Shown: positions 37,082 to 45,167 of the stretch, piece by piece
How the letters are laid out: each line of letters begins with the position of its first letter
How positions within the stretch are numbered: position 1 is the stretch's first letter
Origin: an uncultured Acidimicrobiia bacterium
Lineage (GTDB): Bacteria > Actinomycetota > Acidimicrobiia > Spongiisociales > ZC4RG35
Direction: 5' to 3'
Assembly (NCBI GenBank): GCA_964195405.1
Contig: CAXMPK010000145.1
Span: 1 to 55,924 of the forward strand
Length of the DNA stretch: 55,924 bases
The notes under the pieces: generated by a model
The model's input: only the letters and a program-made list of their open reading frames with translations
Databases searched by the model: none
Told to the model about the DNA's origin: nothing
Translations under genes and position numbers: made by a program

Positions 37082-38413
37082 GTGAGGCGAAACGGGAGGC
37101 GAAACGGGAGTCGGGCTCTCACCAACACTGACAAGACGATTCTGGGGCTGGCGATACCGGCTCTGGGTTCTCTCGCTATCGACCCCCGGCTCACTCTCGC
37201 CGACACGGCGTTTGTTGCTCGATTGGGGACTGTCGAACTGGCTGCCCTGGGGATAGACACCGCGATACTCCTCTTCGCCTTTTTCGTCTTCAATTTCTTG
37301 GCGTCGGTTGTGACACCTCTAGTGGCCCGCGCCTTGGGCCATGGACGCGACAGCGAGGCGAGGCGGTGGGTTGGAGACGCGCTACTTCTCGCATTTGGAC
37401 TTGGGATCATTGTGACAATCGTTCTCGAGGTTCTCGCCCCGGTGTTTGTGGATTTGATGGGTGCCACACCGGAGGTAGCTGGGCCGGCAGTCAGCTACCT
37501 GAGGATTCGAGCCCTGTCGACTGTCGCCGTTCTCATCATGACCGTCGGCCACGGCGCATTTCGTGGCCACAAGGACACGGTGACTCCACTCAAGGTGGTG
37601 GCGGTGGTCAACGGTCTCAACCTCATTATCGATCCGCTGTTGATTTTCGGGTTTGACATGGGTTTAGAAGGAGCGGCCGTCGCCAGCGTGATAGCTCAGT
37701 TTGTCGGTGCGATCTGGTTCGTCAGGCTGATCTGGAAACGCCATATGGCTGCACGTCCCACCCGGTTCGCCCAGGCGCTGCCTTCGTTGTTCGCCCTCGG
37801 AAAAAGCGGCGTTCTTCTAACCACACGTACTGCCCTGCTCTTGATGGCCTTCACGGTGGCAGCTTCAACAGCCGCCAGGATCGGGACCGAAGAGATCGCG
37901 GCCCACCAACTCGTCGCTCAGCTGTTTCTCCTGGCTGCCCTGCTTGCTGACGCTTTTGCCATCGCCGCCCAGCCGATGATTGCCGAGGCAGCATCAGAAA
38001 GGGACCTGACCAAGGTTCACCAGTTGACTCGCCGCCTGATGGGTTGGGGATTCATTGCGGGACTCGTGCTCACCGTGTTCATCGGGGTCGCCCGGTTCGG
38101 ATTGCCACTGCTCGCAAGTGATCAAGCGGTTGCCGATCTGGCAGTCACTGCCGGAGGGGTTGCAGCCATGATGGAGCCGATCGCAGCGCTGGTCTTTGTT
38201 GCCGATGGGATCTTTATCGGATTCCTGTCGTTGGGGACGATGGTCGTCTCGACGGCCACGGGTGCAGCAGTGGCGATTCTTCTGATGTCGACCACCAGGC
38301 TGGGCGAAACTCTGCCGGGGGTTTGGTGGGCACTGGCGGCGATGATGGTGGCACGGGCCATCGTGTTTGCTTTTGGCTACCGACGCTCTGCGGAAATCGC
38401 CGTCAAATCCTGA
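37082..38413 (+). CDS. MATE family efflux transporter (DinF-like)
   Basis: LAIPA, ADTAFVARLG..ELAALG, YLRIR, GAFRG..DT.TPL, NLIIDPLLIF, GAAVAS, AAHQ. Confidence 0.93.
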   Translation: MRRNGRRNGSRALTNTDKTILGLAIPALGSLAIDPRLTLADTAFVARLGTVELAALGIDTAILLFAFFVFNFLASVVTPLVARALGHGRDSEARRWVGDALLLAFGLGIIVTIVLEVLAPVFVDLMGATPEVAGPAVSYLRIRALSTVAVLIMTVGHGAFRGHKDTVTPLKVVAVVNGLNLIIDPLLIFGFDMGLEGAAVASVIAQFVGAIWFVRLIWKRHMAARPTRFAQALPSLFALGKSGVLLTTRTALLLMAFTVAASTAARIGTEEIAAHQLVAQLFLLAALLADAFAIAAQPMIAEAASERDLTKVHQLTRRLMGWGFIAGLVLTVFIGVARFGLPLLASDQAVADLAVTAGGVAAMMEPIAALVFVADGIFIGFLSLGTMVVSTATGAAVAILLMSTTRLGETLPGVWWALAAMMVARAIVFAFGYRRSAEIAVKS

Positions 38414-39612
38414 CCCCTTGTCTCCGGGAGGAGGAGGGTGAGTCCAGCGGCGGCCAACACCCCAATGCTGAGGATGAGAATCGTGTTGGTTAGCCCAAAG
38501 GTGTCGATTGTGTAGATCCCGATGATCAACCCGAAAGCCGACCCGGCGAGGGCACCGTTTGACCCTGCGGTGTTGGCGCTTGATCGGAGAGTCGTCGGGA
38601 ACAGCTCGGCGCGGTGCGAACCCGCCGCCGGGACATACGCGAAGGTCCCGAAGGCCGAGATCATCACAGCAAACATGATCACTGGAAGTGAAGTCACCGA
38701 GTAGAGGGTGACGCCCCCTGCGAGGGCCAGGAGGAGGGCGAGCACCGAAGTCCGCCGACGACCCCAAGCGTCTGCAAGGTGGCCACCGACGAAGAATCCG
38801 ATCCCACCGAGGGTTCCGCCAACAAGAAGGACGATCACGGTCGTCCCGGTCGATAGGCCAACTTGATTGATGAGCCGCTCTGTGGAGAAGGCGGCGCCGA
38901 CCGCCCCAAAGGCAGACGCCATGAACCCCGCTGCAACCACTATCCAAAACCGCCGAGCCCATTGACCCATAACCAACTCTCTCCAGTGACCCCCATCGGG
39001 CTCCTCCAGGTATATCTCGCTCTCGGGCACGTTCCGTACCAGAAACGGGAGCAGGAGGAACCCGAGGGCCGTGAGCAAGTGGGGTATTCGCCAGTTGATT
39101 TCTGCCAGAGGCAGGATCATCAGTGCCATGCCGCTGCCGAGCGACACCGCGGCACCGTAGAACGCGATCGCATATGCCCGGATCCGCAAGCTGGTGTTCT
39201 CGGCGAGCAGGACAATCGCCAGACCAGTGACGGCAGCTGTTCCTGTCCTCAGAATTGAGTGGAACAACCCGAACTGCCAGGCCTCACTAACGAGGCCGGC
39301 GAGGGCACCACCGGCAACGATAAAGGTAACCGCAAGCAGAAAAGGCTTGCGTCGACCCCGGTGGTCGCCAAGCCAGCCCAAGGGGAGGGCTGCGAAGGCG
39401 GCGAGACGTGCCAGCCCCAAGATGAGGCTCATTTCACCCTCTGTGAGACCCAATCCTTCACGAGTGAAGGGAAGCGATGCACTGGCTTGCGATTGGGCAA
39501 ACCCCTGCACGACCCCCGCGACCCAGATGACAAAAACGATGCGTCTGTCTGACCGGGTAAAATGATCGACGGGCAACAAAGGGTCAAGAACCCGACGAAC
39601 AGCCGACCTCAT
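38377..39612 (-). CDS. MFS transporter
   Basis: About 12 TM helices; motif A twice (GWLGDHRGRR, GHLADAWGRR); ELFPT.LRS; LPET. Confidence 0.92.
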   Translation of the reverse strand: MRSAVRRVLDPLLPVDHFTRSDRRIVFVIWVAGVVQGFAQSQASASLPFTREGLGLTEGEMSLILGLARLAAFAALPLGWLGDHRGRRKPFLLAVTFIVAGGALAGLVSEAWQFGLFHSILRTGTAAVTGLAIVLLAENTSLRIRAYAIAFYGAAVSLGSGMALMILPLAEINWRIPHLLTALGFLLLPFLVRNVPESEIYLEEPDGGHWRELVMGQWARRFWIVVAAGFMASAFGAVGAAFSTERLINQVGLSTGTTVIVLLVGGTLGGIGFFVGGHLADAWGRRRTSVLALLLALAGGVTLYSVTSLPVIMFAVMISAFGTFAYVPAAGSHRAELFPTTLRSSANTAGSNGALAGSAFGLIIGIYTIDTFGLTNTILILSIGVLAAAGLTLLLPETRGQDLTAISAERR

Positions 39613-39677
39613 TTAACGAGCGTAAACAGCGAGCATGGGAACATCGGGTTGCACAACCCCGTTACCCAGGGCCGAGA

Positions 39678-40448
39678 ATGTTTGAAAACGTCGGAGAAGC
39701 CGCCTACCTCGTCCAACTCCTGATCGCCTTTGGCGCCGGGATCATCTCTTTCATTTCGCCCTGTGTGCTCCCGTTGTTGCCCGGGTACCTGTCGATGATG
39801 TCGGGCTATTCGGCGGCCCAACTCGAGCAGGGAGAGGTTTCCAACCGTCGGATGACCCGGGTGATCCTGTTGTTCATCCTCGGATTTACGGTCGTATTTG
39901 CCGCGCTGGGCGCAGCCGCCACCGGGTTTGGTCAGTTTCTCAGACAGAACCTCGGTGCCTTCACCCGCGTCTCCGGAATCATCATCATCACCTTCGGCCT
40001 ACTCATGGTCGCAATGGCTGTTTCCAATCGTGGTTTCCTCGCCGTTGCCAGCCAGGAAAAACGAGTCAATGTCAGGCCGTCGAAGCTCGGCAAATGGGCG
40101 CCACCGGTGATGGGGGCTGCATTTGGGTTCGGGTGGACGCCGTGTATTGGGCCGGTATTGACGGTGATCCTGGCCACAGCCGCCACTCAGGAGTCTCTTG
40201 GTCAGGGTGTCCTGCTGCTGGTGGCATATTCGGCCGGGCTCGGCGTCCCCTTCCTGCTGGCCGGGTTGGGCCTGTTCAAGTTCTTCGGCAAACTCAAGCC
40301 CTACCTTCGACCAATCAATATCGCTTCAGGTGTGTTTCTGGCCCTGTTCGGAGTTGTCATGGTGACCGGCAATCTCGGTACGCTTTCAGCCTGGTTCGTC
40401 CAGATCTTTGACGCTGTACCGTTTCTAGAGGACCTAGCCTCCGTTTAA
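39678..40448 (+). CDS. ccdA: Cytochrome c biogenesis / thiol-disulfide transporter CcdA
   Basis: AG..SFISPCVLPLLPGY, FGWTPCIGP.L, YSAGLGVPF. Confidence 0.94.
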   Translation: MFENVGEAAYLVQLLIAFGAGIISFISPCVLPLLPGYLSMMSGYSAAQLEQGEVSNRRMTRVILLFILGFTVVFAALGAAATGFGQFLRQNLGAFTRVSGIIIITFGLLMVAMAVSNRGFLAVASQEKRVNVRPSKLGKWAPPVMGAAFGFGWTPCIGPVLTVILATAATQESLGQGVLLLVAYSAGLGVPFLLAGLGLFKFFGKLKPYLRPINIASGVFLALFGVVMVTGNLGTLSAWFVQIFDAVPFLEDLASV

Positions 40449-40451
40449 GCA

Positions 40452-41276
40452 ATGCAAACCTCAGGTAATAACGCCACGCTACGAGACGCATCCCCTCATG
40501 TTTGGCTAGCGCCGGAGGCACCCGACCTGGTTTGGTTCAGTGGATCCGACACAGTGCGGTTTCTCAACGACCTGATCAGCCAGGAGATTGGGTCGATGAC
40601 CTCGGGCGAAGTTCGGCGGTCCTTTCTACTCGGTCCCCAGGGCAAGTTGGACCACGTCCTCTGGGTGGTCCGGTATGGCGACCGGGTGGGTCTGATCACC
40701 GATCCGGGACGTGGCGAGGAGCTTGCAGCCACCCTGGGTCGATATCGAGTTCGTGTTGAGGTCGAGATCAAGGTTGAAGACCAACCAATATGGTTGGTGA
40801 TGGGGGAGTGGGAGGGGATCGACGTATCCTGGGAAGCTGCTCGCCGGGTCCTGGTGGTGGGTGATCGTCCCGATCTTCCCGATGGCACCCGCGCCGACTA
40901 CGAAAGTGCTCGAATTCAGGCAGGGGAGCCAAAGTGGGGGGCTGAGGCGACTGAAACCACGATCCCCCATGAGACGGGGCTGGTCCCCCTTTCGGTCGAC
41001 TTCACCAAAGGCTGTTTCCTCGGTCAGGAGCTCGTGGCCCGCATCGACAGTCGCGGGGGAAGCGCTCCCCGCAGCGTTCGTTGGATCGATTTGGCAAATG
41101 AGGCACCGGCAGGTGTCGACCTACTTGTCGACGGCTCTGTTGTGGGAACACTCACATCCGTGACGGACAGGCTCGGTTTGGGTCTCGTCCACCGCAAGGT
41201 CTCACCGGGAGAAACGGTGGTGGTGGGTTCGACAACCGGGGTCGTCAGAGAGATCACACGGAATCCACAGACATAG
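40452..41276 (+). CDS. ygfZ: Folate-binding YgfZ/GcvT family protein
   Basis: G.D...FLN...SQ and the FTKGCFLGQE..AR signature. Confidence 0.9.
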   Translation: MQTSGNNATLRDASPHVWLAPEAPDLVWFSGSDTVRFLNDLISQEIGSMTSGEVRRSFLLGPQGKLDHVLWVVRYGDRVGLITDPGRGEELAATLGRYRVRVEVEIKVEDQPIWLVMGEWEGIDVSWEAARRVLVVGDRPDLPDGTRADYESARIQAGEPKWGAEATETTIPHETGLVPLSVDFTKGCFLGQELVARIDSRGGSAPRSVRWIDLANEAPAGVDLLVDGSVVGTLTSVTDRLGLGLVHRKVSPGETVVVGSTTGVVREITRNPQT

Positions 41277-41316
41277 TTCACCGGTTCTTTACAAATGTGA
41301 AGCCAAACTGTGTCCC

Positions 41317-41994
41317 ATGCCGGGACCAATCAGATCTGTGCTTCTCGTCGAGGACGATGACGCGATCGCTGACATGCTCCGTGGGTTCTTGGAGCGTGAC
41401 GGCTATCGCTTCCTCCATGCGCTGACCGGCGAGGAAGCTGTCGAACGTCTTCGGATCAGACCGGCGTCCGCGATCCTCCTCGACATCAATCTCCCCGGAA
41501 TCGACGGAGTGGAGACATGTCGTCGGATCAGAGCGTTTTCCCAAACCCCGATAATCATGCTCACCGCCCGGGACACCGAAATCGACAAGGTTCTCGGACT
41601 CGAAATGGGGGCCGACGACTACGTGACAAAGCCATTCTCGCCACGGGAGCTGATGGCGAGAGTGAAAGCCGTCCTGCGCCGTTCCGAGGAACCATCGGCC
41701 AGGCCTCGTATCCTTGAAATTGAGGGTTTTGAGATCGACGGGGGAAAACGAACGGTGAAGACACCTTCAGGCGATGTGGTGCAGCCAACGGCCAAAGAGT
41801 TCGACCTCCTCTGGTTCCTAGCCGAGAATGGTGGGCTCGCCATGAGTCGAAGTCAGATCCTGGAGGCGGTCTGGGGATATGAGTACTTTGGCGAGACTCG
41901 CACGGTGGACGTCCACATAAGACAGCTCCGCAAGAAAATCGAAGGGATTCCGATCGAGACCGTTTGGGGCGTGGGCTACCGGTTGGGTAACTAG
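41317..41994 (+). CDS. OmpR/PhoB family response regulator
   Basis: LLVEDD, LLDINLP, MLTAR, GADDYVTKPF, winged helix RTVDVHIRQLRKK, TVWGVGY. Confidence 0.96.
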   Translation: MPGPIRSVLLVEDDDAIADMLRGFLERDGYRFLHALTGEEAVERLRIRPASAILLDINLPGIDGVETCRRIRAFSQTPIIMLTARDTEIDKVLGLEMGADDYVTKPFSPRELMARVKAVLRRSEEPSARPRILEIEGFEIDGGKRTVKTPSGDVVQPTAKEFDLLWFLAENGGLAMSRSQILEAVWGYEYFGETRTVDVHIRQLRKKIEGIPIETVWGVGYRLGN

Positions 41995-42007
41995 TGGTGA
42001 GCTCTTA

Positions 42008-43405
42008 GTGCGCCGTCGCTTGTTCTGGGCAATCGTTGGGGTTGCGAGTGTCACGGGCCTGCTTGTGTTGGTCGGATCCGTATTCGCATCTCAGCGTGCC
42101 GCAGTCGATGCGACTTATCGGGAGCTGAAGAAGTCCTCCGACGAGGCGGTCCACATCATTCAAGATGCCGTTGAGCGCGCCGAACGACGGCCCAGCGCCG
42201 CACCTGAGCTTTTTCGGCTGGTTGAACGCGATCTCGGACCTTTGCTAGCGAGGATCCGACGGACGGCAGGAGGTTCGGAGATTGCCTTCGGGATATTGAC
42301 GCTCGAGGGGGAGTTTCGCTCGGGCGACCCCTTGTTCGACCGAATCACACCCGAACGGGACACTCTCGGTGACGATCGGAGCCAGTTCACCAGGTCAACC
42401 ACCAACGAGCTTGTGGTGGTAACGCCGACCCAGATACCGTTCCCCGGCGGCGAGGTCACGGTATTGGTGGCCCTGGCTCGCGAGGCGCCGCTGGTCCGAC
42501 TGGCCGACCAGGGTCTGGGTCTGCTTCTCGTGGTTGTCGGTGTCGGGCTCTTGGCAGGGTTCGCCGCCCGGATTCAGGCAAACAAAGTGGCAGCGCGCCT
42601 AGAGCCGCTCGCAATCGCCTCTAGAGAGCTGGCCGACGGTGACATGAGCGCTCGCGTTCCGAGTCTTGGGGATCCGGAGCTCGATGAAGTTGCCGCAGCT
42701 TTCAATGAGATGGCATCCGACTTGGAGAACACCAGGGTGCGGGAGCGAGAATTCATCCTTGGCGTTGGCCACGACCTTCGGACTCCACTGACCACCATTG
42801 CCGGCTACGCCGAAGCCTTGGAATCGGGTGATGTTGCATCTGAGGATCTGGGAAGGATCGGTGCGGTGCTGGGGGTGCAGAGTCGGCAGCTTGGTCGGTT
42901 GATCGAAGATCTATCGACACTTGCTCGGCTCGAGCAGCCGGAGTTCAGCTTGCGCACGGAACAGGTCGACGTTGGTGCTCACATCAGCGAGATCGTCGAA
43001 GGGTTTCGCTTCCACGCTGACGAGGTCGGAGTCAACCTGGATCTTGATACCCAAGTTGGGGTCGTGATTGAAACCGACCCTGATCGACTGGGCCAGATCG
43101 CTCAGAACCTCGTCGAGAACGCTCTCAGATTCACCCCGGAGACGGGAACGGTTTCGGTTTCTGTGGATCGTGATGAATCAGCTGTGGTGCTGACGGTGTC
43201 GGACACCGGCTCGGGGATTCCTCCAGAGGACCTGCCTCGGCTGTTCGACCGTCACTTCGTGGGTGAGCGTCGTCAGGTGAGAAGTGAGGGGAGTGGGCTT
43301 GGACTCTCGATCGTCAAGGGTTTAGTTGAGCGTCTCGGCGGCGATGTTGTTGTGAAATCGACTGTCGGCAAGGGCACCACCATTCGAGTCACCCTTTCAA
43401 GTTAG
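42008..43405 (+). CDS. HAMP-domain sensor histidine kinase
   Basis: Two TM helices, HAMP, HDLRTPLT, NLVENALR, DTGSGI, GSGLGL. Confidence 0.95.
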   Translation: MRRRLFWAIVGVASVTGLLVLVGSVFASQRAAVDATYRELKKSSDEAVHIIQDAVERAERRPSAAPELFRLVERDLGPLLARIRRTAGGSEIAFGILTLEGEFRSGDPLFDRITPERDTLGDDRSQFTRSTTNELVVVTPTQIPFPGGEVTVLVALAREAPLVRLADQGLGLLLVVVGVGLLAGFAARIQANKVAARLEPLAIASRELADGDMSARVPSLGDPELDEVAAAFNEMASDLENTRVREREFILGVGHDLRTPLTTIAGYAEALESGDVASEDLGRIGAVLGVQSRQLGRLIEDLSTLARLEQPEFSLRTEQVDVGAHISEIVEGFRFHADEVGVNLDLDTQVGVVIETDPDRLGQIAQNLVENALRFTPETGTVSVSVDRDESAVVLTVSDTGSGIPPEDLPRLFDRHFVGERRQVRSEGSGLGLSIVKGLVERLGGDVVVKSTVGKGTTIRVTLSS

Positions 43406-44622
43406 ATCGGGATCACCCATTCGCCGCCTTTCATGACAGCCGTCGGGTTCTCGAGCAGGGTGATGTCCTCGAGAGGGTTGCCCCTCACTGCCACCATGTC
43501 GGCAAACGTGCCCGGCTCCAACGAGCCGATTCGATCTTCCCATCCCATCATCTCGGCTGCCCACCGGGTCGCGCTTTGGATCGTTTGTGCCGTGGTGAGA
43601 CCGTTGTTGGCGTAGTAGCCGAGCTGGACTGCATTGTCGCCATGGGGATAGACGCAGGCGTCGGTTCCGTATGCAATCTTGACACCGGCCTCGACCGCCG
43701 TTCGGAACCCGGCACGTTGACTGTCGTTCGTCATCTCGGTCTTTCGCAAGACTTCGTCGCTGTAGCCCAACGACGGGCCGACCTCGAGGATGTAGTCGCC
43801 GTCGTAAAGATCGGCCACCAGGTAGGTGCCACTGGCCAACATCAACTCGATGGCCTCGTCATCGAGCATCGAGCCGTGCTCAATTGATCTGACCCCGGCC
43901 CTCACTGCCCGTTTGATGCCTTCGGTGCCGTGGGCGTGGGCCGCAACGTGTGCTCCGGCGTCGGCAGCGGTGTCTACTGCCGCCCGCAATTCGTCTTCGG
44001 TGAATTCAGGGGCACCCGGATTGGTGCCAGACGTGAGGACTGCACCAGTGGCGAGGACTTTTATGAAATCGGCTCCATATCGGAGCACCTGCCGGACGTT
44101 CGCGCGCATCTCATCAGTTCCGGTGGTGACGCCGAATCGAAGTTCTCGAGGGAGCACGTCGTCGATGTCCACCGCCAGTCCGGTGATATCACCTGCTCCA
44201 CCAGGACATGTGATGAAGGCTCCCGCGCACATCATACGTGGCCCCTCGATCCATCCCGAGTCAATGGCATCGCGCAGGGCAATGTCGGTGAAGGCTCGCC
44301 AGGCGCCGGCGTCGCGAACACTGGTGAAACCTGCTCGCAATGTCGTGGAGGCATGTTTCACGCCAAGTAGGGCGTCCTGGGCACCGTTCCTCTCAACGAG
44401 TTGGGCGAACCCTTGACCGTTGTCGAGAGGAACCGCCAGGTGGGTATGGACATCGACCAGACCGGGAATGAGGCTGACACCGGGCAGCCGAGTGACATCT
44501 TCGGGGTGGGTAGGTGTGACTTCGATGACCTTTTGGCCATCAACCAAGACAACGTGGTCTTCGAGCATCTGACCTGTGGTCGAGTCAAAGACCCGGTCGG
44601 GAAGAAGCGCCAAACGTGTCAC
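43402..44622 (-). CDS. Metal-dependent amidohydrolase (Xaa-Pro dipeptidase-like)
   Basis: PGLVDVHTH, GFTSVRD, IKV.ATG, AHAHG, SIEHG, GTDA. Confidence 0.92.
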   Translation of the reverse strand: MTRLALLPDRVFDSTTGQMLEDHVVLVDGQKVIEVTPTHPEDVTRLPGVSLIPGLVDVHTHLAVPLDNGQGFAQLVERNGAQDALLGVKHASTTLRAGFTSVRDAGAWRAFTDIALRDAIDSGWIEGPRMMCAGAFITCPGGAGDITGLAVDIDDVLPRELRFGVTTGTDEMRANVRQVLRYGADFIKVLATGAVLTSGTNPGAPEFTEDELRAAVDTAADAGAHVAAHAHGTEGIKRAVRAGVRSIEHGSMLDDEAIELMLASGTYLVADLYDGDYILEVGPSLGYSDEVLRKTEMTNDSQRAGFRTAVEAGVKIAYGTDACVYPHGDNAVQLGYYANNGLTTAQTIQSATRWAAEMMGWEDRIGSLEPGTFADMVAVRGNPLEDITLLENPTAVMKGGEWVIPI

Positions 44623-44653
44623 TTAGGTGAACCTAACCATGCCGTGTGAACCG

Positions 44654-44737
44654 TGCCGGAGGTGGGACTCGAACCCACACGCCACTGAGGACACAGCATT
44701 TTGAGTGCTGCACGTCTGCCAATTCCGTCACTCCGGC
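44654..44737 (-). tRNA. tRNA-Leu(CAA)
   Basis: GCCGGAGTGACGGAATTGGCAGACGTGCAGCACTCAAAATGCTGTGTCCTCAGTGGCGTGTGGGTTCGAGTCCCACCTCCGGCA. Cloverleaf with anticodon CAA and a long variable arm; CCA not encoded. TACAAT -10 at 44769-44774 on the minus strand. Confidence 0.96.
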
Positions 44738-44822
44738 CGGCGTTTGCGCACAGGGTGCGCGGACGTGGATTGTATGGCTGATGGGAAACATTGGCGACCC
44801 CTGGGGATACGCTGAGCCAAGC

Positions 44823-45098
44823 GTGAAACGCATTCACCGCCGCATCTTTCGCCTCAACGACAAGATCGCAGTCTTGGAGAGGGAGGCGCGTCAGGCTTCA
44901 GCGGAGCTGGAGTATCACCGTTCGATCAATGAGGACGCCCAGCGTGACGCTGCTGTGGGCAACTACATCGATCGTGAGGAGGCGGGTCTGACCTCAGCCG
45001 ATGTCCGTCGGTTCGAGAAGGCGATCGCCCAATCCGACCGCCAGCGCGAGAAACTGGAGGCAAAACGCGCGGCCCTGCTCGCCAAACTTCCCGAATAA
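44823..45098 (+). CDS. Hypothetical coiled-coil protein
   Basis: Helical heptad pattern (RIHRRIFRLNDKIAVLERE...). Start is GTG 44823 after TACGCT; ATG 44781 is the alternative. Confidence 0.75.
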   Translation: MKRIHRRIFRLNDKIAVLEREARQASAELEYHRSINEDAQRDAAVGNYIDREEAGLTSADVRRFEKAIAQSDRQREKLEAKRAALLAKLPE

Positions 45099-45103
45099 TC
45101 CGC

Positions 45104-45148
45104 TCTGTGAAGATTTTCGGGGCTATAGGGCCAGAAAATCTTCACAGA
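45104..45148. repeat. 15-bp perfect inverted repeat (hairpin) upstream of polA
   Basis: TCTGTGAAGATTTTC (45104-45118) and GAAAATCTTCACAGA (45134-45148). Confidence 0.8.
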
Positions 45149-45167
45149 ACGGGGTAGTAGCGTCGGG

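Noticed and set aside
37084-37195. 12-bp tandem duplication (GAGGCGAAACGG x2) at the MATE start, and Arg in IDPRLTLAD, as signs of pseudogenisation
   Set aside because: The duplication is in frame and the ORF is full length. A single substitution cannot be judged without reads or orthologs.
17505-38962. Long antisense or alternate-frame ORFs (e.g. 17505..18251, 21627..22481, 30364..31035, 37994..38962)
   Set aside because: These are shadow ORFs expected from high-GC codon bias over conserved genes, and they have no recognisable motifs.
44654-44737. tRNA-Leu as the integration site of an island
   Set aside because: No integrase and no duplicated tRNA 3' end were seen, and the flanking genes look like ordinary chromosomal genes.
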